64,000 bases of DNA from a virus. Position numbers and translations under genes: made by a program. Where the stretch lies: positions 85,191 to 149,190 of IMG/VR virus record IMGVR_UViG_3300005613_002762; one strand, written 5' to 3'. How positions within the stretch are numbered: the first letter of the stretch is position 1; each line of letters starts with the position of its first letter. Below are positions 20,299-30,497 of this stretch, one piece after another. A model generated the notes under the pieces. It did no database searches and was not told the origin of the DNA. It saw only the letters and a list, made by a program, of their open reading frames with translations.

Positions 20299-22074
20299 TT
20301 ATCTTTTTGAATTACCAAATAACCAACCATAAGTCATATAATCATTTCTTGTTGGTCCTGTTTGTAAACCAGCTCTTTCTCTTAAAACATTTTCATTAGG
20401 TATAACTGGATTAAAATGTGCTTCTTTTGTGACCGCCTCATTATTAACAACCGCCCATGAATCAATCATTGATTTTGCTTGTTCGGTCGCCTTCTCCAAT
20501 TTTGAAAATGATGATTCTGCAACATAAATCGCCATCGATATACCCATGATTAAATCATCATGTTGACCTTTTTGGTGATCTGGTCTTCCGTTTATATATA
20601 CAAAAGTATTCATCTCGTTATATAAACGAACACTCTTAATTTTAAATTTGTGTCTAACTCCTTCTTCAAATGCTGCAATGATCTGAACTCGTTTATTGTT
20701 AAAATTTAAACCAGGAATTTTTTCAACAGAACTTTTATTTGAAGCCCAAATATTCATAGAATCAACTCCGTCAACATATAAATTTTTGTAACCAAGTTCT
20801 TGCATTTTTCTAACTGTTGTTATACCCATTCCTCCTGTAATATCCACAACAACAAACGCACTATACATCATTCCCCACTTATACGCAATTTCCGCTAAAG
20901 TATCAGGTGGTATTTTTCCAACATATTCTAATACTTGTTCTCTTTCATCAAAATCGATAATTTGAATTGATGAAAAGTCTTCACTATCCCCACGAGATAC
21001 GTCAACACCCATGATATATTTATGACCCTCAACAGGTTCTTTCCATATCCATAAAGAATTACCCATTAATTTAGAAGGAGGATCTTGTAATGAATTATTT
21101 TTAATATCTTCAAGTTGTTTGTTATCAAATACGTTATCACCCGATCCTAAGAATTCACAATTTAACTCTTGGTTGATTTTTCTCTTATCATATTTGAGTT
21201 TTTTAACCATCTTCTCATACCAAGTAGAACATGGTCTATATCCTTGATTAAAGAAAAGTTGTAATTCTTCGTAATCTCTATCATATGGATCGATATGAGC
21301 AAAAGAAATATTTTTTGATTCGTCATATTCTTCTTTATTTAAAAGATAGTGAATCAAATCATCGGTTTTAACTAAATAAAGATCTTTAGCGTATCTTGGA
21401 TCTCGATACCAATACATCTCAGAGATCTTAAAGTTATTCATCCCTTTTAATGACTGATCGTATATTTCATAATAAATTGGGTCATATCCGTTAGGAGTTG
21501 AGACCACGATTACCTTACCACCCGTAGATAAGGATGCCATACAAGCCGCCCAAAAATCACTATCGGCTTCGATAAACGCAGCCTCATCAAATACAAGTAT
21601 TGTAGGTGTAAATCCACGAAGGGCATCTTTTGATGTTGCAACTGCTTTAACTTCAGAACCATTATTTAATTTATAATGTCGTTGTGAGTTTTTTTCAGCT
21701 GCAAATCCAGCACCAACCCAAGAAGGCCATTGATCGACAAATGCTCTAATTTTATTTGCCATTTCCATCGATGTATCAAGTTTGTTGGCAATAATCAATA
21801 TTTTTTCAGGTTGAGTTTTTTTAGCAAATACCAATCTTTTTGATACCCAAGCTGCAGTTACGGTAGATACACCAGCCTGACGATATTTTAACGCAATATT
21901 TTCTTCATAATCTTCATAATCTTGAAGTAATGAAATTTGATCGGGAAATAATTCTAATGGAACGTATTTTGATACTGTGTTGTCGTAAGTTTGTAAATAG
22001 GTTCTTAATGCGTATGTTGTATCAGACATACACTTAGCATATTCAATTAAAACTTGTTCTCTAGTTAAACCCAT
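20299..22074 (-). CDS. Terminase large subunit (T4 gp17-like)
   Basis: Walker A-like 'KYRQAGVST', Walker B 'LVFDEAAF', 'STPNG', '[10 protein letters not shown]', nuclease 'GVDVSRG' and 'HDDLIM'. Confidence 0.96.
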   Translation of the reverse strand: MGLTREQVLIEYAKCMSDTTYALRTYLQTYDNTVSKYVPLELFPDQISLLQDYEDYEENIALKYRQAGVSTVTAAWVSKRLVFAKKTQPEKILIIANKLDTSMEMANKIRAFVDQWPSWVGAGFAAEKNSQRHYKLNNGSEVKAVATSKDALRGFTPTILVFDEAAFIEADSDFWAACMASLSTGGKVIVVSTPNGYDPIYYEIYDQSLKGMNNFKISEMYWYRDPRYAKDLYLVKTDDLIHYLLNKEEYDESKNISFAHIDPYDRDYEELQLFFNQGYRPCSTWYEKMVKKLKYDKRKINQELNCEFLGSGDNVFDNKQLEDIKNNSLQDPPSKLMGNSLWIWKEPVEGHKYIMGVDVSRGDSEDFSSIQIIDFDEREQVLEYVGKIPPDTLAEIAYKWGMMYSAFVVVDITGGMGITTVRKMQELGYKNLYVDGVDSMNIWASNKSSVEKIPGLNFNNKRVQIIAAFEEGVRHKFKIKSVRLYNEMNTFVYINGRPDHQKGQHDDLIMGISMAIYVAESSFSKLEKATEQAKSMIDSWAVVNNEAVTKEAHFNPVIPNENVLRERAGLQTGPTRNDYMTYGWLFGNSKR

Positions 22075-22112
22075 ATTAAATAAATATCAATTCGGGTTTT
22101 TTATTCTTAGAC

Positions 22113-22943
22113 TTATTTTTTTCCAATCGAAAACATTTGACCAATTGGTAAATTCATTGGTGCTTCGTCAGAAAACATTGTTAGTTTTTTTGGATTTCTT
22201 AAAATCATTGAGTCATTATTTTTGACTTTTTTTTTGATTGTTTTAACTAAATCCTTTTTTTTCATTTTTGGCTCAATTTTTTCATCGACCATTTTAGCAA
22301 TTTTTTCTTCTAAAAATTTTTGAAAATTTTCGTTAGCCTTTTCTTTTTTGGTTTTTACGGTTTTTTCAGGGTGTTTTTTTTCTGGCATTTTTTTGTATTG
22401 TTTTTTTGACGTAGAATCAGAAAATTCTTTTGCCATTTTACACCATTTACAATTTTTAGAAGAACATTTATTACAACGAGCCCAAAATAAACCTTGTTGT
22501 GCTTTAGATTCGAATTTTTCACTAATTTCTGATTCTGCCATACCCATCATAGATCGATCTTCACCTGAGTCATCACCCATACCATCATCCGCCATGTCAT
22601 TTGCATCATGTGGAGCTTCTTGTCCCGTATATGCCTGTTCAGCGTCTTTACCGAGAGCATTTGATGTTGTTAGATCATCGGTTTCATCTTCAGTCATTTC
22701 AGTTTCTTTGACTTGAATGTTTTGACCTTGTAATTTTGATGGTTCTTTTAACGCCTGATTTAAGTTTTTCACATCTTCAGGATTTTTTGTGTCATAAACC
22801 TGAGTTACAACTTGAGTTTGTTCTTTATTTTCTCTTTTAAACTTCTCAACCAAAATTTTAACTTGACGATCCGAAAAAGATGAAATGGTTGACAAAGACA
22901 ACCCATTTTCAGTTAAAAATAAAATATCCTTTTTAGTTTTCAT
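22113..22943 (-). CDS. Hypothetical protein, putative internal head protein
   Basis: Acidic/basic blocks; 'ISEKFESKAQQ' and a CxxC..CxxC module. Confidence 0.55.
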   Translation of the reverse strand: MKTKKDILFLTENGLSLSTISSFSDRQVKILVEKFKRENKEQTQVVTQVYDTKNPEDVKNLNQALKEPSKLQGQNIQVKETEMTEDETDDLTTSNALGKDAEQAYTGQEAPHDANDMADDGMGDDSGEDRSMMGMAESEISEKFESKAQQGLFWARCNKCSSKNCKWCKMAKEFSDSTSKKQYKKMPEKKHPEKTVKTKKEKANENFQKFLEEKIAKMVDEKIEPKMKKKDLVKTIKKKVKNNDSMILRNPKKLTMFSDEAPMNLPIGQMFSIGKK

Positions 22944-23340
22944 AAACCACTTTTTTTTCAAATTGTAATACTATATCTCTTTCATATAGTTTGTTTTTAA
23001 CTTCTTCTTCAGTTTCACCAAAATGAAATACCAATCTTTTAACTAAAGAAAAATCAACATTGTCAGTTTCTTTTTCCCAACCTAATGATATTACACCATC
23101 CATAGAATCAATTAAAGAAAATACGTCCGAATCTTGAACGAGTTCGAACGCAACTTCCTCATTAATCATTGTCCCAACTTTTTTTATATATTCCAAGTCA
23201 GGAGGTGATGGATAACCATTTGCTGGTTTAGATTCCCAATTTTCACCAAAAACATCTATGGTGTCCGAAAAAATAAATTCATAAATATTATCACCTTTAT
23301 AGTTCGGACCTAAACCATTGACATAAATCAATCGATTCAT
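22933..23340 (-). CDS. Hypothetical protein
   Basis: 135-aa ORF in the operon. Confidence 0.65.
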   Translation of the reverse strand: MNRLIYVNGLGPNYKGDNIYEFIFSDTIDVFGENWESKPANGYPSPPDLEYIKKVGTMINEEVAFELVQDSDVFSLIDSMDGVISLGWEKETDNVDFSLVKRLVFHFGETEEEVKNKLYERDIVLQFEKKVVYEN

Positions 23341-24809
23341 AAAATTCTTCCACTTTTTGTGATTTTAGTTTCAGTTAAACCTTCTTTAAAAACAAGATTT
23401 CCTTTTGTAGATAACCCGATCAATTTTGTTCTTGGGTTTTCTCTAATAAAATCTAACGCCACATCAAGTTGTTCTGTTGATTCAGATAACCGAACAATAT
23501 TTTCTTTATTTTGTTTGAATAGATCGCTTGTTCTTCTTTCTTTTCTTTTTTGGTTTTCTAAATCTTCTGTTTCATTAGAAACAAAATATCTTGACAATAC
23601 TCTATCCACGGCAGATTCACTAAAAGTTCCATGTTCGAATCGATCTACATTTGGGTAGTGTTTTCTACCTTTTCTTCTTTCTCTATGGTATTCATCATCC
23701 TCTTCTTCACTAGTTAACTTATTTGCTGACCCAGCGGTATAAGATCCCATAAATTTATTTACAAAAGCATCACCCAAACTATCATAACCTTCGGCCATTT
23801 CAGGTTCTTGTGGTGGTTCAGGAGCAACTTCAGTTTCTTCAACGTCTATTTCCTCTTCACTTCCACCTTCTTCATCTTCAACACCTTCTAGTTTATTAAT
23901 AATTTGTTCAATATCGTCTTCATCTAAAACATCAACATCAATTGCTGATAAAATAGAATTAATAATATATTTGATATCTTTTGGATCCAAATCTTTTTCT
24001 TCTTCGTATGATCTAATTTTTTGTGCCAGTTTACCTGTTAAAATTTGAATTCTTTTAAGATCCGATACCTTCTTTTCTTTTGGTTTTTTCTCAACATCAA
24101 TTTCTTCCTCTTCTTCAAATCCCATATCAGGCATTTCACCACCCATATTAGGATCGGGAGCACCTGCATCTGCCGGTGGCATACCCATATCACCACCCAT
24201 ATTAGGATCTGGTGCAACTGCATCTGCCGGTGGCATACCCATATCACCACCCATATTCGGATCAGGAGCGCCGGCGTCTGCCGGTGGCATACCCATATCA
24301 GGCATCGGTGGTTCCATACCAGGTTCAGCACCCATATCAGGCATCGGTGGAGTTGGTGGGGTTTCAGGAGCAGGTGCTACTTCAGGAGCAGGTGCTTCAG
24401 CAGCCGGAGATTCAACTTCTTTAGGTTTTTTAGTCTTTAGTATGAACTTTTTTTTTTGCTCCCCTAAAAGCGGAGTTCCTTCTTCGTTCTCAAATAACGT
24501 ATTGATTTCTTTAGTCATAAGATTCAAACGCTTCAAAGCTTGTGAATATGAAGAATAGTATTTTCTACTTTTCATAGGTTCAATATAATCTGAAACAGAT
24601 TCATTGATTGACATTTTTACAATATAACCTTGTCTTTCTTTAACAATCTCATAAGTGTTACCATCGGCCAAAGTGATTTTGTATTCACTTGAGTCGGTTT
24701 CATTTATATTTTGTGGAATATTCTCATTATAACGAGAAATTTCTATCATTCGTCTAATTTTGTCCATCCCTTGAAGTTTTTCGCTTCCAATAGGTTTTAA
24801 TCCTGCCAT
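23337..24809 (-). CDS. Pro/Met/Glu-rich protein, putative internal head protein
   Basis: 490 aa; TATTTAT upstream; many I/L-x-E sites. Confidence 0.6.
   Translation of the reverse strand: MAGLKPIGSEKLQGMDKIRRMIEISRYNENIPQNINETDSSEYKITLADGNTYEIVKERQGYIVKMSINESVSDYIEPMKSRKYYSSYSQALKRLNLMTKEINTLFENEEGTPLLGEQKKKFILKTKKPKEVESPAAEAPAPEVAPAPETPPTPPMPDMGAEPGMEPPMPDMGMPPADAGAPDPNMGGDMGMPPADAVAPDPNMGGDMGMPPADAGAPDPNMGGEMPDMGFEEEEEIDVEKKPKEKKVSDLKRIQILTGKLAQKIRSYEEEKDLDPKDIKYIINSILSAIDVDVLDEDDIEQIINKLEGVEDEEGGSEEEIDVEETEVAPEPPQEPEMAEGYDSLGDAFVNKFMGSYTAGSANKLTSEEEDDEYHRERRKGRKHYPNVDRFEHGTFSESAVDRVLSRYFVSNETEDLENQKRKERRTSDLFKQNKENIVRLSESTEQLDVALDFIRENPRTKLIGLSTKGNLVFKEGLTETKITKSGRIL
24140..24305 (-). repeat. 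54-bp tandem coding repeat (MGMPPADAGAPDPNMGGD) x3
   Basis: Three near-identical units seen in both DNA and protein. Confidence 0.85.
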
Positions 24810-24886
24810 AATATTATTGTTTTGTAATAAATTATTTTTTCTTAATAAATATATCGATTTATAAGAATATTTTATTTTTTAAGGTA

Positions 24887-25621
24887 TTATTGTTTCATTG
24901 ATAAACCTTTTTCTAAAACTTTGGTTCCTGCACTCATCAATTTTTCTAAATAACCGTTTCTTCTTAGTATTTTAAAGACCAAATTCTCTGATGAATATTC
25001 ACCATTTTTTTCAAGACCACAAGTTCTAAACTTTTTAAGTTTATCTTTATATTTGGATAATAATTCTTTAGCATCTTCAATAGATTCATCTTCAATATTT
25101 TCTAATACACCATCGATAATTTCCATCCATTGTTTTGCCTTTCTTTCAATAGTGTTTTTATCAATCTTGACTTGTTCTTTTTCAGGTTCATGTTGCCATT
25201 CATCATATAACAAAGAATAAACTCCACTTGAAAAATGAGCTTCGTCTTCTGATTCAACATATAACTCAGTTTCATAACCAAAAAGTTTTATATCATGGTT
25301 TTTGTTAAATAAGGCTTTTTTTAACATAAAAAACTCTTTATATAGATCAACATGTGATTGAGGAAATTGATTGAAATTGGTAATGATATGAATATCAAAA
25401 TCTGAATACTTTGACCAGTTGTAATTTGCCAAAGATCCTGTTAAAACTACATCGGTGATGATAATTTCAATTTTTAAATAATCAATAAATTCGTTTGCAA
25501 TTTCTAAAAGTCTTTCTCTAACTTCAGGTTTCATCACATATGATTTACCTTTCTTTTCCCAAATTTTAGGATTTAATTCATTTTGAGGTTCGAAACTTTT
25601 TAGAATTTCTTTAGTATTCAT
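24887..25621 (-). CDS. Nucleotidyltransferase (pol-beta superfamily)
   Basis: 'VVLTGSLANYNWSKYSDFDIHI' = GS..DxD motif, with a third acidic residue in 'ETELYVE'. Confidence 0.8.
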   Translation of the reverse strand: MNTKEILKSFEPQNELNPKIWEKKGKSYVMKPEVRERLLEIANEFIDYLKIEIIITDVVLTGSLANYNWSKYSDFDIHIITNFNQFPQSHVDLYKEFFMLKKALFNKNHDIKLFGYETELYVESEDEAHFSSGVYSLLYDEWQHEPEKEQVKIDKNTIERKAKQWMEIIDGVLENIEDESIEDAKELLSKYKDKLKKFRTCGLEKNGEYSSENLVFKILRRNGYLEKLMSAGTKVLEKGLSMKQ

Positions 25622-25640
25622 ATTAATAAATACTTAGAAA

Positions 25641-25883
25641 TTAGAGTTTTCTATAAGTGTGATTTTTAGAAATGTTTTTGTTAAAGAAATTTCCTTGAGA
25701 TTCTGCAGATCTAAATGAGGTATATAGTTGATGAGGAACATCATCATATTCGTATCTTATTCCATTTTTAAATTCTGCTATCATTTTTTTTGTGATGGTA
25801 TCGTATTCCGTTTTAACCAAATTTGAGGACTCAATTTCATTTATAATTTTAGTCCCAACGTATTCTTCTTTTGTAATTGCCAT
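25641..25883 (-). CDS. KTSC-domain protein
   Basis: 'ESSNLVKTEYD...EFKNGIRYEYDDVP...AESQGNFFNKNI'. Confidence 0.85.
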   Translation of the reverse strand: MAITKEEYVGTKIINEIESSNLVKTEYDTITKKMIAEFKNGIRYEYDDVPHQLYTSFRSAESQGNFFNKNISKNHTYRKL

Positions 25884-25885
25884 TA

Positions 25886-26179
25886 TTATTGTTTTAATGG
25901 GGTTATGTCATCTATATGACGAAGTTTATCTATAATGTAATAACTAACTTCATCTTCGTCAACATCAAAACCATAATCTCTTATTGTTTGGTCTGTTTCT
26001 TGAATCAATTTTTGGACCTTTGAATGTAAAGACATTAAATCCGTTGGATAATATGGAGGTCTTTCAATATCTTTTTGTGTCCAACCTTCTCTTTGAAAGA
26101 TTTCTCTAATTTTGAAATATGTATTTTCTAACTCTCTTGTTAATTCTAAAGTCTCCGCGAATTTTATCCAAGCTTTCAT
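25886..26179 (-). CDS. Hypothetical protein
   Basis: 97-aa ORF with TATTTAT upstream. Confidence 0.6.
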   Translation of the reverse strand: MKAWIKFAETLELTRELENTYFKIREIFQREGWTQKDIERPPYYPTDLMSLHSKVQKLIQETDQTIRDYGFDVDEDEVSYYIIDKLRHIDDITPLKQ

Positions 26180-26194
26180 AACTATAAATATACG

Positions 26195-26819
26195 AAAAAA
26201 AAATCCACCGATGAGGTGGATTTAATAATTTATAATTTTGTTTTTTATTTTTGTGTTGGTTGTATCTCTTTATAATATACCTTGGGTGAACCTATAACTG
26301 TGTTAGCTTCAGGACCTTGTGTGGATATCTTCATCCCCAAACTACCAGAACTATCTGTTTGACCTACCCAAGTTTTTAAAACATTTAACAATTTTTGGTC
26401 TGCATAAATACTCCCAACTATATTTCCTTGATCATCTTTTTTACTTGTCTTCAAACAACCAGATGGTTTAGAGCATTCAATATCCCCAAATTTTAAAGAC
26501 AAAAAGTTAGTTTCGTTCATTAAACTAGACATTCCATTTTTTCCTGGTTCATTTTTTGCAAAATAAGATAAGTATGCGGTATCTCTTTTTGGTTCCAGTT
26601 TACCTGTTTTTTGATTTTTAACGGCAGGAATTGCAATTTCTATAGGAATTACTTTTCTGACATCATCTTCCATTAAATATTGTCTTGATGTTGCATTTTG
26701 GTGCATTTCCAAAATACGTTGTTTTTCTGATTCTGAGATTATAAACTTGTTCATAATTTTTTTATTTAATAATAAATACACACATATAAAAAAAAATCCA
26801 CCGATGAGGTGGATTTAAT
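26195..26819. repeat. 32-bp direct repeat (terminator hairpin) flanking one gene
   Basis: aaaaaaaaatccaccgatgaggtggatttaat at 26195-26226 and 26788-26819. Confidence 0.9.
26245..26754 (-). CDS. Leader-bearing hypothetical protein
   Basis: Likely start MNKFIISESEKQRILEMH at 26754. Confidence 0.65.
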   Translation of the reverse strand: MNKFIISESEKQRILEMHQNATSRQYLMEDDVRKVIPIEIAIPAVKNQKTGKLEPKRDTAYLSYFAKNEPGKNGMSSLMNETNFLSLKFGDIECSKPSGCLKTSKKDDQGNIVGSIYADQKLLNVLKTWVGQTDSSGSLGMKISTQGPEANTVIGSPKVYYKEIQPTQK

Positions 26820-26823
26820 CGTT

Positions 26824-27186
26824 TTATTTAAGAGACCTAATTTTATCACGATATTCAATCGCACTTTCAAAGTCTTGGTTTTTTACACAATCATTTAGTT
26901 TAGATTGCAACTTTGATATTTCTTCTCTGTTTTTCTCTAACTTTTTTATTTGGTCTCTTAACGTAACAGCATCCTCAAATTTTTCTTCTTTAATTGATAG
27001 ATTTAATTTTTCTTTTAACACATCAACCTCATCGACTTGGTTAGATTTATTAAAATTTTTTGTCATATAAGACATACTAAAAGATCCGTCAGGTGATGTA
27101 TATGATCTTTTATTCCAATTTTTATCATCAAATGATGATGAAAGTAATTCATTAAATAATTTGTCAAATTCGTTCCAATTAAACAT
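26824..27186 (-). CDS. UVR (UvrB/UvrC motif) protein, McsA-like adaptor candidate
   Basis: Two motifs: 'SIKEEKFEDAVTLRDQI' and 'CVKNQDFESAIEYRDKI'. Confidence 0.8.
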   Translation of the reverse strand: MFNWNEFDKLFNELLSSSFDDKNWNKRSYTSPDGSFSMSYMTKNFNKSNQVDEVDVLKEKLNLSIKEEKFEDAVTLRDQIKKLEKNREEISKLQSKLNDCVKNQDFESAIEYRDKIRSLK

Positions 27187-27358
27187 TTTTTATTTTTTTA
27201 TCGTTTATTTTAACTCAAAAAACAACCAATAAAATACCAATACATAAAATATGACAATATGTCAGTATATTTACAAAAATTTTAATATCAAACTGACAAA
27301 AAGACAATGTTGGACTTTTTAAATCATTAATCTTATTATTTATAAAAAACGAAAAAAT

Positions 27359-29398
27359 ATGTTAGAATTTATGGACGATAGCAACGAAAAATCCAAGAAA
27401 AAAACAGATAGTGGAACACCTGTTTTAGATAACTTTAGTAAAGATTTAAATAAATTAGCTCAAGACGGAAAATTAGATCCCGTTATTGGTAGACAAAGTG
27501 AGATATTTAGAATTGCTCAAATTTTATCAAGAAGAAAAAAGAATAACCCAATTATTATTGGTGAACCAGGAGCCGGAAAAACCGCAATAGTGGAAGGTTT
27601 AGCAATGATGATCCATAACGGAGAATGTCCCAAAAATTTAATGGATAAAAGGATTGTTTCTTTAGATATGAATTCATTGGTTGCAGGAACCAAATATCGA
27701 GGTCAGTTCGAAGAAAGAATGAAAGCGATAATCGAAGAACTACAAGTTGCCCCAAATATAATTTTATTCATAGATGAAATTCATACTATGGTTGGTGCTG
27801 GAAACAGTTCAGGATCGTTAGATGCTTCAAACATTTTAAAACCAGCGCTTTCTCGAGGAGATATACAATGTGTTGGAGCAACAACTTTAGATGAATATAG
27901 AAAACATTTTGAAAAGGATGGAGCTTTAGATAGACGATTCCAAAAAGTCATTGTCGACCCTTCTTCAAAGGAAGAGACATTTGAAATTCTAAAACAAAGT
28001 AAATCAAAATATGAAGACCATCACAAAGTTTCTTATGATGATAAAACTTTATGGATATTTGTTGAGTTAGCTGATCGATATATTACAGATCGTGAGTTTC
28101 CCGATAAAGCGTTTGATATTTTAGATGAGGTTGGGTCGAGAATGCAAGTTGATATAAAACTACCTGAAGAAATTGAAAAATTAAAGGATGAGGCGGCAGC
28201 AATTAAACAAGAAAAATATACTGTAATTAAACAACAAAAATACGAACTTGCCGCAGAACTAAGAGATCGAGAAAGAAATGTTATTTCGAAACTTGAGGAA
28301 GAAAAAAAGAAATTTGAACTTAGTCTATTAACTAGTAAAAGAAGTATTCCTGAAGAATTGATATATGAAGTTGTTTCAAACATGACAAAAATTCCAATTT
28401 CAAATATTAATTTAGACGAAAGAAACTCTCTAATTAATTTGAATGATAATTTGAATTCAAAGGTGATTGGTCAAGAGGAAGCCGTTAATAAAATTGTCAA
28501 ATCGATTAGAAGAAATAGAATCGGAATTAAAGATCCAAATAAACCAATTGGTTCATTTATTTTCTTAGGTTCTACTGGTGTTGGTAAAACATATTTGGCA
28601 AAACAATTGGCAAAAGAAATTTTTGGAAGTGAAGAGAACATGATCCGTGTGGATATGAGTGAATACCAAGAAAAACACACCATCTCTCGTTTAATTGGTT
28701 CACCTCCAGGATATGTTGGTCACGATGAAGGTGGTCAGTTAACCGAACAAGTTAAAAACAAACCTTATTCTGTTGTATTGTTTGATGAGATTGAAAAGGC
28801 ACATAAAGACATCTTTTCAACATTACTTCAGTTGTTAGACGATGGTCATATCACAGATTCTTTAGGTCGTAAGATCAACTTCAAAAACTGCTTAATCATT
28901 ATGACATCTAACATTGGTGTTAAGAAATTACAAGATTTTGGAACTGGAATGGGATTTCAGACCAGCAAAAGTGAAGTGGTTAAAGAAGAAGAAAAACAAG
29001 AAGTCTTAAAAAAAGAAATGAAAAAGTTTTTCGCTCCTGAATTTTTAAATAGAATTGATGATGTTGTTATCTTTAATTCTTTGGACAAAGAACATATTGA
29101 TGTTATTACAAAATTAGAAATTGACAAACTCTTAAAAAGAGTGTCTGAAAAAAACTACCACTTCACATATGATCAAGACTTAGTCGACTATATTTCAAAA
29201 GTTGGATTTGACGAAACATTTGGAGCAAGACCAATCAAAAGAGCTATTCAAAATAATATTGAAGATCTAATTTCAGAAAAAATCCTAATGATGGAGATTG
29301 AAGAACATAAAGACTATGTTTTAAAAATTGAAAATGATGTGGTGGTGGTATCAAATAAAGAAGAAAAAGTAAAAAGAGGTAGAAAAAAGAAAGAATAA
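27359..29398 (+). CDS. clpC: ClpC-like AAA+ unfoldase lacking the N-terminal Clp-repeat domain
   Basis: 'GKLDPVIGR', Walker A 'GEPGAGKT' and 'GSTGVGKT', UVR M-domain 'YELAAELRD', 'RLIGSPPGYVG', ClpP-docking 'MGF' loop. Confidence 0.9.
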   Translation: MLEFMDDSNEKSKKKTDSGTPVLDNFSKDLNKLAQDGKLDPVIGRQSEIFRIAQILSRRKKNNPIIIGEPGAGKTAIVEGLAMMIHNGECPKNLMDKRIVSLDMNSLVAGTKYRGQFEERMKAIIEELQVAPNIILFIDEIHTMVGAGNSSGSLDASNILKPALSRGDIQCVGATTLDEYRKHFEKDGALDRRFQKVIVDPSSKEETFEILKQSKSKYEDHHKVSYDDKTLWIFVELADRYITDREFPDKAFDILDEVGSRMQVDIKLPEEIEKLKDEAAAIKQEKYTVIKQQKYELAAELRDRERNVISKLEEEKKKFELSLLTSKRSIPEELIYEVVSNMTKIPISNINLDERNSLINLNDNLNSKVIGQEEAVNKIVKSIRRNRIGIKDPNKPIGSFIFLGSTGVGKTYLAKQLAKEIFGSEENMIRVDMSEYQEKHTISRLIGSPPGYVGHDEGGQLTEQVKNKPYSVVLFDEIEKAHKDIFSTLLQLLDDGHITDSLGRKINFKNCLIIMTSNIGVKKLQDFGTGMGFQTSKSEVVKEEEKQEVLKKEMKKFFAPEFLNRIDDVVIFNSLDKEHIDVITKLEIDKLLKRVSEKNYHFTYDQDLVDYISKVGFDETFGARPIKRAIQNNIEDLISEKILMMEIEEHKDYVLKIENDVVVVSNKEEKVKRGRKKKE

Positions 29399-29454
29399 AT
29401 TTGGTAAATTAAATTTTGTCGTGTATATTTGTAGAAATAATAAAACAATATACG

Positions 29455-29877
29455 ATGAAAACAATTTTGGCAACCTTAACTTTTTTACTCAGTTTTTTAA
29501 CCTTTAGTCAAAAACTAATTATTCACGTCTTTGAAAGACAAGAAATGGTGTCTTTTTCAAAAACGACAATCGATTCGGTATTATTGAGTCCTGATATTGT
29601 GATGGATAAAAACACCGATTACACCAAATATGTGATTGATCTTAATCAAGAGACTTCAACGTATTTTCTAAATAATGAAGAACTTAGCACTTTACCAATC
29701 AAATGTCAAAATCTTGGTAATGGAATTTTAAAAATTAACATTATGGAAGAAGGTTTTGATTATGGACTATTAGTTCAGACGGATTACCAAAATGAATCAG
29801 TCACTTGGTTTTGGTTTACTGAATATTCAACAACAGTGAAAAACATCACTAAGTTTAAATTTGAGAAACCTTCATGA
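29455..29877 (+). CDS. Secreted hypothetical protein
   Basis: Signal peptide MKTILATLTFLLSFLTFSQ; TATATTTG at 29424. Confidence 0.6.
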   Translation: MKTILATLTFLLSFLTFSQKLIIHVFERQEMVSFSKTTIDSVLLSPDIVMDKNTDYTKYVIDLNQETSTYFLNNEELSTLPIKCQNLGNGILKINIMEEGFDYGLLVQTDYQNESVTWFWFTEYSTTVKNITKFKFEKPS

Positions 29878-29911
29878 AACAAAAAACCCCATCTTTTCAG
29901 GTGGGGTTTTT
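29878..29911. terminator. Bidirectional intrinsic terminator
   Basis: aaaaaaccccatc-ttttca-ggtggggtttttt. Confidence 0.7.
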
Positions 29912-29926
29912 TATTAGTTATTTTTT

Positions 29927-30421
29927 TTATTTTTGTGTTGGGGATAATTGTTTTTTAACCGCATCAACTCCACTTCTTACTGCAGTAGCTAGTTGGTTTT
30001 TTACAGTTGCATCGGCAGTATTTAAAACATTTATTAAACTATTTTTGAATTGTATAAGTTTACCATCAACTAATTGTGTGGTATAATTATCTAACGGATC
30101 TTTTTCTTGTTGGACACCTGGTGATAAATTTGCTGTAACTGCAATACCAAAATCTTGTGGTGATTTAACTAATTCTTTACCATCTTTGTAAATAACAATA
30201 TTTCCGTGATAATCATCAGCTCCTTTTACAAATTTTGCGGTGTATGCGGGTAATTTATATGCCGTCATAACTCTATTAAATTCATTAACAAATGCAGGTG
30301 CTTGAGTGGTAGCAATAGATTGCTCCATCAACAAATGTTTTGATTTTTCTTCCAATCTTCTATTTTCTAACACCAAGTTTGCTTCTTGAATGTGTCTAAT
30401 TTTACTAAAACTTTTATTCAT
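29927..30421 (-). CDS. Leader-bearing hypothetical protein
   Basis: Leader MNKSFSKIRHIQEANLVLENR is shared with 61694..62251. Confidence 0.65.
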   Translation of the reverse strand: MNKSFSKIRHIQEANLVLENRRLEEKSKHLLMEQSIATTQAPAFVNEFNRVMTAYKLPAYTAKFVKGADDYHGNIVIYKDGKELVKSPQDFGIAVTANLSPGVQQEKDPLDNYTTQLVDGKLIQFKNSLINVLNTADATVKNQLATAVRSGVDAVKKQLSPTQK

Positions 30422-30439
30422 GTCTTTATATTTTACTTA

Positions 30440-30478
30440 ATAAATACTTTGTATATTGAAAAAATAAAGTTATCTTTG
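30440..30478. promoter_or_regulatory. Back-to-back promoter unit: TATTTAT (minus) and Bacteroidota -7 TATCTTTG (plus)
   Basis: ataaatac at 30440-30447 and tatctttg at 30471-30478; same layout at 33256-33295 and 47587-47626. Confidence 0.65.
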
Positions 30479-30497
30479 TAGAAATTAAACAAACACT

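Noticed and set aside
11617-22074. Inteins or introns in capsid, portal or terminase genes
   Set aside because: The ORFs are continuous. The insertions (Gly/Cys-rich in capsid, ~60 aa in terL) lack intein C1/HN termini and homing-endonuclease motifs
24038-24440. Alternative-frame repeat ORFs
   Set aside because: By-products of the 54-bp repeat in 23337..24809
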